DNA of 64,000 nt from Bigelowiella natans CCMP2755 (Eukaryota; Protista; Cercozoa), in contig ADNK01000862.1 of assembly GCA_000320545.1 (NCBI GenBank), forward strand, positions 137,947-201,946. The letters run 5' to 3'. The notes below the pieces were generated by a model. That model saw only the letters and a list, made by a program, of their open reading frames with translations. It ran no database searches and had not been told where the DNA came from. The position numbers were made by a program, and so were the translations under genes. Below are positions 24,001-35,542 of this stretch, one piece after another (position 1 is the stretch's first letter; each line of letters starts with the position of its first letter).

Positions 24001-26923
24001 GCGAAGAGGCAAAGCTGCAGCAGTCTTGTTTTGAGGAAGCAGTAAAGATCTATCACGAGATCATAGACGCTACTAACCCCAGCAAAGCTGAGGAAGAAAA
24101 GGAAGAAGATCAGGATTCAGCTCCGCCTACACAGCAGCGTTATTCCATTCACAACCTTCATATGCAGATTCGTTGCCTCCTTGCATGCGCCGAGGTGGAA
24201 GAAGCTCGCTTGCTCTTATCTAATGCTGTAGAGCTTGTGGAGCGCGCCGCAGACCTGCTTGCCCAGGCTGACGAATCTATCGAAGCAAAGAATTCAAAGA
24301 AGCTGCCTCCTCGACGCGAAAGCCTTTCACGTGCTGCGCCGGGAATAAGGGACTGGAATGAGGTGAAGATGATGCTGTTGCGACTCCTCATGAAACAAGG
24401 TCGAATGGAGGAGGCTCAGGCCTTAATATCCGCAATCGCTCCTAATGTTGATCGTGTCCATGACTCCGCTAGCCTCACGCAAATAGAATTAGCGCGGTTA
24501 GCCATGCAGATGTTTAAGGGAGCTCCTCTCCAAGAAACTCTTTCTACGGCTGGGCGGCTCTGGGAGCTTTTCACCGCGAGCTGCGTCGACCCCGTCCCGG
24601 AGTTCATGAAGAGCATTAGTCTCAAGAAGAAAAAGCGAAAGCACAAGCAACAGAAAAATGGGATTGAGGAGGCTGCAGGCTCATTGACCCAGCTCAAGTG
24701 GGTACGTTTGCCAGCAGTCTCCGAAATGCCTACGCTAGGGTTTCAATATGGGCGTGGTCTTATGTTCCTCTCTCATACGTTGGCCAGCCTGTACAACCTC
24801 TGTGGTGAGGATCATGATGAAGGCAAGGATGAAGGGAAAGGGGAAGGGGGAGGAGGAGGAGCAGGACGCGGCATCAAATGGGATACACTTGTTGTAGCGG
24901 AGCAAGCAGAGCTCATGTTTCAGATAGTTTCAAGCACGTTTGGTGTCGATATCTCCCCTGCCTTAATGGCCGACTTGCAAGAGAGCTTCGACAGGAAGGT
25001 AGCAAAGACCCTAGTCGCTGCAGATGATGCATCGCTAGAGGAGGAGGAAAAGGGTGGAGAAGGGAAAGAGGAACGCAAGGCGGAGATTGATGCTAGGGCG
25101 GAACTGAAACGCGGTGTGAATCCATGCCTGGAGAAATACAGTTCGAAGCCAATGAAGCTGCCGATCAACATCCACCTTCCATATGTGTTCAACATGGTGG
25201 CCAGCACACTCCAGTTCGCCGGTGCGCTCGCAGCGCAGGGACATCTGGAAGAGGCGCTTGCAAAAGCCGTTTGTGCTGAGAGGTATTCGATGATGTGCGC
25301 GTCCGTTGATCCACTTTTCCAAGCTCGATCCAATGCCCTCATCGCCTGCATCTTGTGGGCACGGGTGGAAACGCTAGCTCAGATCTCCCAAACAAAATCT
25401 GCAGAGCGCCACGCCTCCCTCGCTCATATTGAGAGAGGTGCGGCAATTCCGCGCCCCACGACGAGCAAGCACATGCCCGATCGAACGCTAGAGCAGTCGC
25501 ACAAGTTGCTGACGGCACAGCTCAGGGAGATAATGAGAAGACTCATTCAAGCTGCAGAAGCGCATATCGCGTACGACAACGACCTTGATGCAATCCATCT
25601 TTGCTTTGCCACTGCAGCCGAGGTTCATAGATTCGCTGCCGACAACCTGGTTTTGTCTGAAAAGGACAACGACGAAAGAAGGCGGCGGATGATGGCAAAG
25701 GAGGTGAGATATCTGCAGAGGACGCGAAGGATGGGCTCTCCCTTCTGATAGACCCCAATCTTTCCCATTTTTTTATGCTCAAGGCTACCCAAGCCCTCAG
25801 GCAGAAGGAACAGTTGGCGAATAGTGTGTGGGGCGGCGGCAACAGTGGAGGTGATGCGATGGCCACAAGTCCCTTGCAAAATGTCGACCAGCTGCCGATG
25901 TTTATTGTCAATGAGATCAAAGAGATTGGTACCCTCAACCAGGCACTCTGCAAAGCCCAGTTGGTGCAGGGTGGGAAGGGTAGCCGCAATTCGCCTGACA
26001 TGGACAAGAAGAAAGGTAAGAATGATCAGGGAGCTATTGAGGTGACATCGCGTAGAGTACTTCAGTATCTTCAGATGCTTCGCTATCAGAACGCGGCGAT
26101 CGCTGATACGGCCCACGCTGAAAAGGTTTTGCTCGATCAGAAGGTCTGCGCGCTACACCACTATTTGGTGACGAATTTCGCCCCTTACAAGGAACGGTGC
26201 TGCTTTGAGGCTGCAGCGCTCCAATACAGTGCTGAGCCCTCGCTTCCTCCCAGCCTGAAGGGAGGGGAGGGGAGTTTCAACGACTGGAAGGAAGCATGTA
26301 CAAAGCCAGGCTTTGTGTGCGTACAATGGGTGCATCCGAAGGCAGAGACCTTCAGGACCTGTGTGGGGCCTACAGACTGTGCAACTACTTCCGGGCGTGT
26401 ATCTATGATCTACTTGATTGTGTCCGCTGCAGCAGAAGCCAAGGAGGGAGCAGAAGGTGACGATAGTCAGCAGCAACAAAGACAGCGCGGCTGCGCGTCC
26501 TTCCCACGGGAGGCAGTCGTTGATATATGTAACTTGGCCGGGGATATACGGGTGCTGATCGAAGAGGAGCAGCAAGAGAAGCAACACGCAGATGTCTCCG
26601 GGTTTAGATCAACTGCGATTGAGCGCAAGCGGAGGATTGACCAGCAGACGGAGATGTTCAGCGCTCTGATGCAAAAGATTGCGCTGCTAATGACAGGCTC
26701 TTCTACGGATACGTGTCGAGGATATCTCGCCGAGGAGGAAATGAAGGCTGCGTGTGATAAATTATTTAGTAATGAAGAAGAAGCAATAAGACTGCGCAAC
26801 ATTCTGCAGATAGAGAAGTCCTTCCAGGTTGGCCTTGGAGCCGCGATTGTTAACGATGACCTACAGAAAGTGCTGGCTCGTTTGCTTAGAGCGCGTGGGG
26901 CTGCCGCCAGTAGCAACTCGTAG
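14159..26923 (+). CDS. CFAP54: Cilia- and flagella-associated protein 54 (very large; main exons ~15095-16806, 16997-20895, 21088-~21750, ~21953-22636, 22748-25703, 25784-26923; small 5' exons uncertain and may start further upstream)
   Basis: N-terminal LLYNGSCHMFEL...IVEFLTFSVISIETSVPLLTARYVPWRTRLY matches the CFAP54 N-domain. Further matches: FN3-like PAPLLVTRS...VYGKEASTGTNVS...YSFAV...IGATS, ARAWIQLQNTVRVFWN, ERWEQLVELGLAFN, LLELG...WKAGVD, ASLFAGSLQHP, LPILSLYSY. Long in-phase ORFs total >3500 aa. Confidence 0.85.
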
Positions 26924-27222
26924 CATTAATAAGCTGGCGATGGTTAAGAACTTTCATGTCATTCAGAGGCAGAATGTGTACATGCATTGCTACTACTACC
27001 TGCACAATCGTGTGAGATGAAAGCTTGACCATGCAGGCAATAAATTCAGCTACATTGTTCAAACTAACATGCTAGTGATGACGACACCTCCGTGAAGGAA
27101 TCTCATCAACTCTGAAACCCAATGGAGAAACACATTTTGTGCATGATAGACATGCAGCGGCTACAGCGCTGAGGTTACACATCTATTTGTCTCTTCTAAT
27201 ATGTACATATGTATACATATAC

Positions 27223-27228
<6 letters not shown>

Positions 27229-27263
<35 letters not shown>

Positions 27264-27275
27264 AATACATATATG

Positions 27276-27314
<39 letters not shown>
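27229..27314. repeat. Compound (TA)n...(TG)n microsatellite downstream of CFAP54
   Basis: Direct reading. Confidence 0.9.
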
Positions 27315-27316
<2 letters not shown>

Positions 27317-27899
27317 CATGGCATTTAAAAGCATCTGGTACGTATTCGCTTGTCGATGGCGTGCAGCACGCGCAGCGTCCGTGCTTCTTTTTCATCTTCA
27401 GTCAAGCGTTTCGTCTCATCGCGTTTCGATTCATGATGGCTTTCAGTTCTATGCACAGTTGGTTTCGTAATCTGTTTTGTTGGTGGCCGGTCGCATGCAT
27501 GCTTCACATTGAAGAAAATGATCTAGTGACATGAAGTGTAAATAACCGCAAAAACACGTGGGGTACTATAGCATTATGCTGTGTCTCCGTGAGCTAAATC
27601 ATGTGATTCATGCAATTTGATAATAATAAAGCATGTCATGCATCGATAGATTGATAGGTGTCCATGCCATGTGATTGCCACACACGTGCATAATCCTGTC
27701 GTCATTGCACATCACGTATCGTACGGACATGCGTGTAAGAGCGGTCCGTGCTTCGACACAATGCATTCATTCTGACAAAAAAATTCCAAAAGCTAAGTCT
27801 ACACGCTAGCAGCTGATGATCTATCTACAATTGGATCAGCCGAAGGAGTACACAGGGGTCAAGTCACAAGATTTAAAGGAGTCAAACCATGAGTAAAGG

Positions 27900-29241
27900 A
27901 GTAGCAGGCAGGCGAGCCATGCACTGATCAAGGCCAACCTTGCACTAGAGAGGAGTCCATTTCTAGCGTCATCCAGATGCCAGAGATGGATGAGGTGATT
28001 CACACTTTGAACTACACCAGCATTGGGGCAAATCGAAAAGGAAGGAGGCAGCCTCTTGTGAATTCTGGCGGCCCGGTGATCTTCAGTGCGCATCACACGT
28101 TCCTGCTCGCAATTGAATTTTCAGAATCACTTCTGTCATGTCATGCCAATCATTCACGTGTCATGGTTGTGATGCATCTTGTGCATCCTTCCGTCTCCCA
28201 ATTTCGTGGTGAATTGAGCCTGACGCCTTGATTCCAGGAGCCGAAGTTGGAGCACTACTTGGCCCTTCTCCGAAGCGAACATGAGAAGGGAGCTAATTCT
28301 TTTCCCCCCTCCTGTTCAGTCATGCTCACAACAGACACAGCAATGCACTGCGTGTGTCATGCATGTTGTGCATTGCATGTCCATCATGATCACTGTCCGA
28401 GCAGCAAATCCAGACCAACTGATTGCTCTGTTGTGATGAGAGGACCTAGATTGCTAGATTGGGACCTAGTGAACAGGGAAAAACAGCACGCAACGACATC
28501 ATCAAGCAGACATCGTGGAGACAAACACAGAAGGTGCAAAAATTGAAGCAGTGGAATCTCTCGGAAAGGGTCCATTGGTCAAATTGTTCGTGAACTCATG
28601 TGATGATGTGCAAAGTTGCCAAACTCTCAAATTGCATGTCAGGGAAGTTGCGCTCACGAATCAGGGCGTGTGAAAACAGAAGAAATCGCAAAATGGTGGA
28701 CCCTTCAAGACCACCATGTTGTGTCATCAAAACATTCGGAGTGAGAATGGAACACAACAAGGCACCACGTCATCGAACTCGCGTGTTTCACATGACGTGC
28801 GCATGCCGTGCTCACCACACCACAGTCAACGCAAGTTCGAATGTGCCGACATCATCGTGCATGTGTGGACAAGCAAGGCTGACATCTTGAGCAATCGATT
28901 GTTCATTCGCACATGAATGATGTGCAACGTGATGGCACGATGGCTACATCATGCACATTCAAGCAATGCGGAAGCAACAACGTGTGCGATCATTCAGATC
29001 ACTTGCATCGCATTGCGTAGACGTGAGGCGTGAGCTTGCAAATTCATCATTGTGCACATGGCATGTCTAGATGTTTGAAACATGGAGCATGCCCATCATT
29101 GACAATGCACGAACTGTGCATTCAAAACTCAAAACTGTGCTGCTACCCTAGCACCCGCTAGCCGGTCGGCTATGTGCAATGATGCACTTTGATCAGGAAT
29201 GTCGCTGTTGCTACGACATCACATGATTTTTGAAATGAAAT
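27900..29241 (+). pseudogene. Decayed coding-like block with near-complete TpA loss; pseudogene or element relic of unknown origin
   Basis: I count 17 TA dinucleotides in ~1340 bp, all in CTA or TAG context. Plus-strand frames 27977-28330 and ~28563-28916 are protein-like but broken by TGA stops, His/Cys-rich and nearly Tyr-free. Confidence 0.55.
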
Positions 29242-29269
29242 TTACAAGCAATTTGTCATCAAATTGAAC

Positions 29270-31668
29270 TCATTCTCTGCTGGTTCCAGCACGCTGTGCA
29301 TGCTTAAACACTTCTGCCACGGCTTTTATATTTCTCCGATTTACTTCTACACTTTTGACTTCTTCTTTTAGCCCCTTCTCAATATTCTTGAACCAGTTTA
29401 CATCACGATTCGGGTCCGGTGCTCTGTTAGGTTGAGCCGGAGAATAGCCATCTCCAAGCAATGTAATGCAAACTCCCTTCTGAGGTATTCGATCCTGGTC
29501 TATACGACCGCATCTTCCCATTCGATGAAGGTGGTTTACCTGTGTAAGAGCTGCTTCGAAGTTGATGACTACACTAACATCTGGAAGATTGAAGCCCCTC
29601 GAGAGTACGCCGAAGGTGCACATCACAATTTTGTGGCAACCTTCACTGAATTCTTGCACGACCTAATGACAGTCATTGGTGACATGATGACATGAAAGTG
29701 GTTGTCATCAATCGGTGGGAAGCACCGCAAACCCTCCTCGAGTCACGGTGATCAAACATGAAAAAGCATTTCTATGTACCTTCTTACGAGCACTAGTCCC
29801 CAATCCTCCGTGCAATACGAGCACTTTCGTGTCCTTCATGTCTTCATGTTTTTTCACAAACTGATCCAGTAGACCAAGTGAAGCATGACTGTTACAAAAT
29901 ACGATGCATTGTCCCATATCTGGTGTATCCTGTTATTTGTTAATGTTGGCAAGCCTCTGTTAGAATCTACATTTGTAGCTACACAATGTTCGCTGAATGG
30001 ACCAAAAAATCATCAAATGTTGCGTCGACAACGAGGAATTATCGTTGGGTTCAAATTGAATCTCACCCACAGTTACATCTACAATCTTACAATTTCTCAT
30101 ATTTCAACATGGAAAAATGGATAGCATAGCTAAACCATTCCTCTCTTGCTCAACTCACACCTTGCTATGAACAATACTTATCTCTGACAGCGGGAGGGGG
30201 GTAGTCAGGCTTCATGGTCCATATTTTGATGGTACTTACCGATTGGAATCCGTAGAGGTCAACAAGAAATTGCATTTTGTTTTTGAAGTCGCTACACTAA
30301 CAATGAAGAGAGATTTCCTCGTTATACTACTGGTATTAACACAACTCATGCACGTCATGAGCCTGTGGAATGTATTCGAATACCCGCGACAATATCATGG
30401 AACATATTACCTTTATTTTGAATTTTTTGATATGATTTCCTGCCAAGTCTTTGGTGGTGGTAAGTCGCACAATGTCGTAACCGGGCCCAGGCTTAGGGTC
30501 AGACTTAGGCTTAGGCTTAGGCGTAGGCTTAGGCTTAGGCTTAGGCTTAGGCTTAGGCACGTAATCGGGATCAAGAATCATTTTGAAGCCCCTGAGAATA
30601 GATTGGTCAGGGTTACTTGGAAGTCTGACCAGCTCCAGTATATGCAATTGTCTTTATAAACATTTCAGAGCAATTTATGTCAAAGCAATGTGCAATGTTT
30701 CCAGTCCTATCACAAGTTTCATCTTTCTTTTGTATTGGGAGAATAATACCTTATCCGCTTCGTCCACCACGATCAGGTCGATATCCTAATGACCAATAAT
30801 GATGAAAATTAGTAAGATCTTCATCAATTAAAAGACCTAATCACCCTCCCTTTTTTCCAGCTGTTACCTTTCCTTTGAAATTCCGTTTTTTAACCATGTT
30901 GAACAGAGTTCCAACGGTCCCGACTAACACACCATGGAGGAACAGAGTTCCAAGAAACAAAATTAATAAGGAAATCAATTAAATAAAGAGGAACACCGTC
31001 GTTAGCTATATCAACGTTCAATATATATGGAAGAAAATTTAACATTTGGATGACATATTACCGATGATGTGTATTACCGATGATATGTGGATCCCCCTCT
31101 TCCACCTCATTATTGATTTTTTTAATCTCGCCTCGAAAGGCAGTCCAGACACGTACATCATTTCCAGCCAGCCTACATTTTTGTTCATTAGAAGTGCATT
31201 GCTATCAACATTGTTGCCCTTCCATCCAAATAAATAATCATGTTTGTAGGTCAGTGTGGAGAGATGCGAGAGCTAAAGAAGAGTGGAAGATCGAGAGTAA
31301 GTCACTCACTTAGACATTTCTTTTGCAGTCTGTATTGTCAACTCCATGGTGTCGCAAAAGACTAAAGCTTGTAATCCTCGGTTGAGATCTAGCTTCCTCA
31401 GAATGGCGAAACAAAACATTCCCGTTTTCCCTGAACCCATCTCAGCTTGTGCCACTATGTGTTTCTCAGATTTAGCTTCTTCATTGGAAGACAATTTCTT
31501 CAGGACTTCCACTTGAATCCTTGTAGGACCTGATTCCCATCCCAGAACTCTCTCGGCGTTAGTTATGTATTTTTCTGGAATGAAATCTTTGACGTCTTTC
31601 CAATTCTCGCCTTCGGCTAAGCTGAGGTTTTGCAGTTTTGTTTGCAATTCTGGTGTGGTCTCGGTCAT
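29270..31668 (-). CDS. Divergent DEAD-box RNA helicase (eIF4A/DDX19-like superfamily member), multi-exon, possibly degenerate
   Basis: Q-motif-like LGWESGPTRIQ, motif I AQAEMGSGKT, Ia DTMELTIQ, Ib-like VGTVGT, II LIVVDEADK (~30750-30787), IV CIVFCNS, LHGG, V VLSRGFN, VI HRMGRCGR; I could not find motif III (SAT). Confidence 0.75.
30505..30558 (+). repeat. (TTAGGC)9 hexamer array with one GTAGGC variant; reads (PK)n on the minus strand inside the helicase gene
   Basis: Direct reading of the sequence. Confidence 0.95.
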
Positions 31669-32412
31669 GGTTTATGAAAAGTTACTTGAGTGATGTGGGG
31701 CCTTGAGTTGTGTGATGAACTCGTACACTTCTCTAATATCAGATCAAGCCAATTCCTTTTCAGATCAAGCAGCTGTGGAATCTACGGGATTTCAAAATCC
31801 GATTTTTCCCTGAATCAACTTTTACTTGATGTCGTAAGATGAAAATTTTGGACATTGACTTGCTGAATGCAGGACAGCTTTTCTATTCTCAAATCTGAGA
31901 TGAAAATCTTTCTCCCTTTTCGGAGCCGAACCTATTAAAGACGTGTCAAAAATGCATTTTTTTGGTTTTTTTTTATCGGCAAACGCATATTTTAGGTGTC
32001 TTTCGTATTTTATACATGTCGTTAATAAGGTACACAGGGAAAACAGCCTGACACATCTTCGGAGATTGTCGTAGGTTCAAAATGCAACACCGCATCCAAT
32101 TCGACCATTGTCGCAGTCGAAAAATCTCATTGTATTTCCACCATCGGTTCGGCTTTGGATGAGAAGGAGAAGGAATCCGGAATCTCACCAAACCAAAAAC
32201 AAACACACCGGTCGTGTAAGACATAACCCATTAGGCTTCGCAATCGCCCTTCACCCGCAACCACGCGAGAGTTTATCGCTACCAGGTATCTTTGATCATT
32301 AAGGGAAACGTCCAATTGACAAGATGGGATTTTGTGGCTTTTTCACGATGGACTTCATAGCTCGATTGAATGATGGAGAGGGAGAATAAATGGAGGAGAG
32401 AATGTGAGAGAA

Positions 32413-32415
<3 letters not shown>

Positions 32416-32498
<83 letters not shown>
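32416..32498. repeat. Compound (AC)n(AG)n microsatellite between the two helicase genes
   Basis: Direct reading. Confidence 0.95.
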
Positions 32499-32507
<9 letters not shown>

Positions 32508-33090
32508 TCAGGGAAAAGGTAGAGATCCCCATTGGGTAAATGGCACTGACCAGCAGCAGCAGCATATGCTCACTGCTGTTGGTCATGGTGCATGAGGTTC
32601 GACTCCTCGTGGGATCGCGAGGGGGCAGCCGGACGGCTAAAACCGGATGGGATTTGCCCCCTTCAAGACTTGAGGTGTCTTCCCATTGTGGAGGCTTAAA
32701 AGGTGGCATGCCAGGAATGGTGTGTGATTCAGCTTCCTCAAGGTAGCTACTGGTGATCGAGAAGGGCCAGTTAAGGGACAAAGGTGAAAGCCTTAGCCCA
32801 CGACGAACAATGTTCGTTCACCTTCTGTTGAATTCATTATTTGCAAAGGGTACCTCTTCTTTGCATCTTATCTTTGAGGGAACAAAATTGAAAATAACAA
32901 CAGCAACAACAACAACACCATCAATGCCAAGAACAAGAAAAACGATAATGCTTCTCAAAACCCTGCAGCTATCGATCGATCTGAACCTAGTAAGCAACAG
33001 GACCAGCAAGTAAAACAAGTGCAAAACAAGGATCAATGGCATGATGACGAAAAATCATCGTCTGAGCTACGAACTAGTGAAAACAAAAGA

Positions 33091-34278
33091 ATGCCAGTAT
33101 CCAATGATGAAAGCAAGGAAAGTTTCACAGCTGAGGAATCCTTCGACAAGATGGGTCTTCCGCTAAAGGTACTGAGAGGAATTTATACTTATGGCTTCGA
33201 GAAGCCTTCCCCCATTCAACAACGTGCAATCAAGCCAATCATTAGTGGCCGTGATGTCATAGCACAAGCACAGGCTGGAACAGGGAAAACAGGAGCGTTT
33301 GTCATCGGCGGCTTGGCAAGAGTTGATCCCAAGTTTCGAGAGACACAGATCCTTGTTGTATCTCCTACGAGGGAGTTGGCTAGACAGTCGCATAAAGTTG
33401 CTAAATGCTTGTCGGATTACACCGACATCACCATGCATCTTTGTGTGGGAGGCACGAGAGTATCAGAGGACAAAGCGACCTTCCGTCACGGTGTGCAAAT
33501 GGCCTTTGGAACTCCAGGAAGAATCAACCACCTGCTGCGCACTCGGATCTTGAGGACCGACAATGTGAAGATGATTGTTGTCGATGAGGCCGATGAAATG
33601 CTTTCCCAGGGGTTCGAAGAACAGATCTACGACATCTTTGGCAGTCTCAACCAGGATGTGCAAGTAGTCCTAGTTTCGGCCACTATGCCAGCAGAGGTGC
33701 TACAGCTCACGGAGAGGTTCATGCGCGACCCTGTAAAGATGCTGATAAAGCAGTCAGCGATAAGCCTCGAGGGCATCAAGCAATTCTACATAGCACTGGA
33801 CAACCGAGACTGGAAATTGCCGACACTACTGGACATTTACAAGGAAATCAGCATCAACCAGAGCATCATCTTCGCCAACACGAGGAGCACGGTGAAATGG
33901 CTACAAGATGAGCTCACTCGAAAAGATCATGTGGTGAGTGCCATCCATGGTGACATGGAAGATCAGGAGAGAAAGAATGTCGTGAAAGACTTCCGAAGAG
34001 GGAGTTCGCGTGTTCTAATCTCCACAGATATTCTTGCTCGAGGAATAGATTTTCAGAATCTCAGCTTGGTAATCAACTTTGATCTTCCAAGAGAAAAAGC
34101 AAACTACATCCACCGAATCGGACGCGCTGGAAGATATGGGCGCAAAGGGCTGGCAATCAACTTTGTGACCGATCGTGATGCTCGCTGGATGAAGGAGCTG
34201 GAAGCTTTCTACGACTTTAGCTGGAAAGAAATGCCTAACAACATTCGGAGCATATGCGAGCAGAGCTGCTCTTCGTAA
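33091..34278 (+). CDS. eIF4A: eIF4A-like DEAD-box helicase, intronless
   Basis: SFDKMGL, RGIYTYGFEKPSPIQQRAI, AQAGTGKT, PTRELA, VGGT, TPGR, DEAD, SAT, LEGIKQFY, ARGID, YIHRIGRAGRYGRKG; first ATG at 33091 (ORF open from 33019). Confidence 0.92.
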   Translation: MPVSNDESKESFTAEESFDKMGLPLKVLRGIYTYGFEKPSPIQQRAIKPIISGRDVIAQAQAGTGKTGAFVIGGLARVDPKFRETQILVVSPTRELARQSHKVAKCLSDYTDITMHLCVGGTRVSEDKATFRHGVQMAFGTPGRINHLLRTRILRTDNVKMIVVDEADEMLSQGFEEQIYDIFGSLNQDVQVVLVSATMPAEVLQLTERFMRDPVKMLIKQSAISLEGIKQFYIALDNRDWKLPTLLDIYKEISINQSIIFANTRSTVKWLQDELTRKDHVVSAIHGDMEDQERKNVVKDFRRGSSRVLISTDILARGIDFQNLSLVINFDLPREKANYIHRIGRAGRYGRKGLAINFVTDRDARWMKELEAFYDFSWKEMPNNIRSICEQSCSS

Positions 34279-34671
34279 TTAGTTTAATCATCACCTATAG
34301 CATCTTCATATTTCAGTGCATTTGTCGCTAAATGGGTCCTTGAAATTGAAAAATAGAATCTTGCCTGAACACTAGAGCATGCATTTTAATTAAAGTTGTA
34401 CATGTATCATGGGAACATCGGCGTAACCCTGGAATTACCGTCTTAGACGGTGCGCCTAATTAGTTTATGATAAACTTTCTTCAGGCTTATGATTGATTAA
34501 TTATGCAGTAATCCAGTTATTACTACTACTATTTACTTCTGCCACTACTACTAGCACTACTAGCACTACTAGTACCGCCAACTTCTAGTATCTCTCCATG
34601 TGTGAAAGGCCTTAATGAGCGTCAAGTGATCGCTTCGACCCTGGTGTATGTCATCATATCGGGGCAATTAA

Positions 34672-34674
<3 letters not shown>

Positions 34675-34723
<49 letters not shown>
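34675..34723. repeat. (AT)n microsatellite
   Basis: Direct reading. Confidence 0.95.
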
Positions 34724-34727
<4 letters not shown>

Positions 34728-35024
34728 TATATGCATATACTACTCTACCTACAACATGTCTTCTAACAACATACTGTTTTGAAGAAGATTCACCGTAGCT
34801 ACACATTGCAACTAGCAACTAACTAAGCTACCACTACTAACAATACTACTTTCTAGTTGCAGCATCACTAAAATTGCTATGTGTCAAGAGAGCGAAGAAA
34901 GAGGTGCATTGTTGTGTGTTTGTGTGTAAATTGCAGAAGAAAATGTGGCTCTACGCGCCTCCCATGCCTTTAGTTACACACATCATCGTGTGAAAGACAA
35001 GAAGCTACTACCTGTTGTTGCCTA

Positions 35025-35542
35025 CTACCTGCTACTGCTACTATCCTGTATGCTAGGTGTTGCATTCTTTGGCTTCATCTCATAAACCTGATTCCATGAG
35101 CGGAGGCGAGACTGCATTGGGGCATGTGAAAACTTACAACTGACGCCGTAACGACAAGAACCCCCCCTTGCCCAGAAGCGGCAAACCCCCCACCCCGCTG
35201 CTGAGCGGTGGCTGGAGCTGTTCCCAACTCTCCCCCTCGCTGCTGTGCGATGGCTGCCATTGATCTTGAGTTTCCTTTCCTTTTGTTCATTCTTCTTCAC
35301 GGGGTGATACTATCTTCAATTACTTGCTTGTTTGCTTAGGCCTATGAGTTCTGCGTCGGCTCAGAAGTTGCGGCTATCCAGACTACCTAGAAGTTGCGGC
35401 TCCAAAGAAGTTCCCTGTTTCTTCTCTTCGGCGACTCGCCGAATGACAGATAGTGCCGGTTTTCCGTTGCAACTCGGCATTTTCCTTGAGTAGTCTCTCG
35501 ATAATCTCCTTGCGTCTCTGGAGAATCTCCCCCTCTCCCATC
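35025..35542 (-). CDS. Small CCCH (C-x8-C-x5-C-x3-H) zinc-finger protein or gene fragment
   Basis: CRFWARGGSCRYGVSCKFSH at ~35124-35183; coiled-coil-like upstream exon MGEGEILQRRKEIIERLLKENAELQRK; gene limits uncertain. Confidence 0.55.

Noticed and set aside
15436-26916. Numerous minus-strand ORFs of 100-250 aa overlapping CFAP54
   Set aside because: Antisense shadows of long coding exons, with no motifs
11129-26923. A biosynthetic gene cluster around the PKS
   Set aside because: Downstream neighbours are housekeeping or flagellar genes with no tailoring enzymes or transporters; the upstream side is outside the window
27900-29241. Classical RIP or CpG-methylation decay as the cause of the CATG/TGCA-rich block
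   Set aside because: CpG is still frequent and TpA is depleted rather than enriched, the opposite of a C>T process
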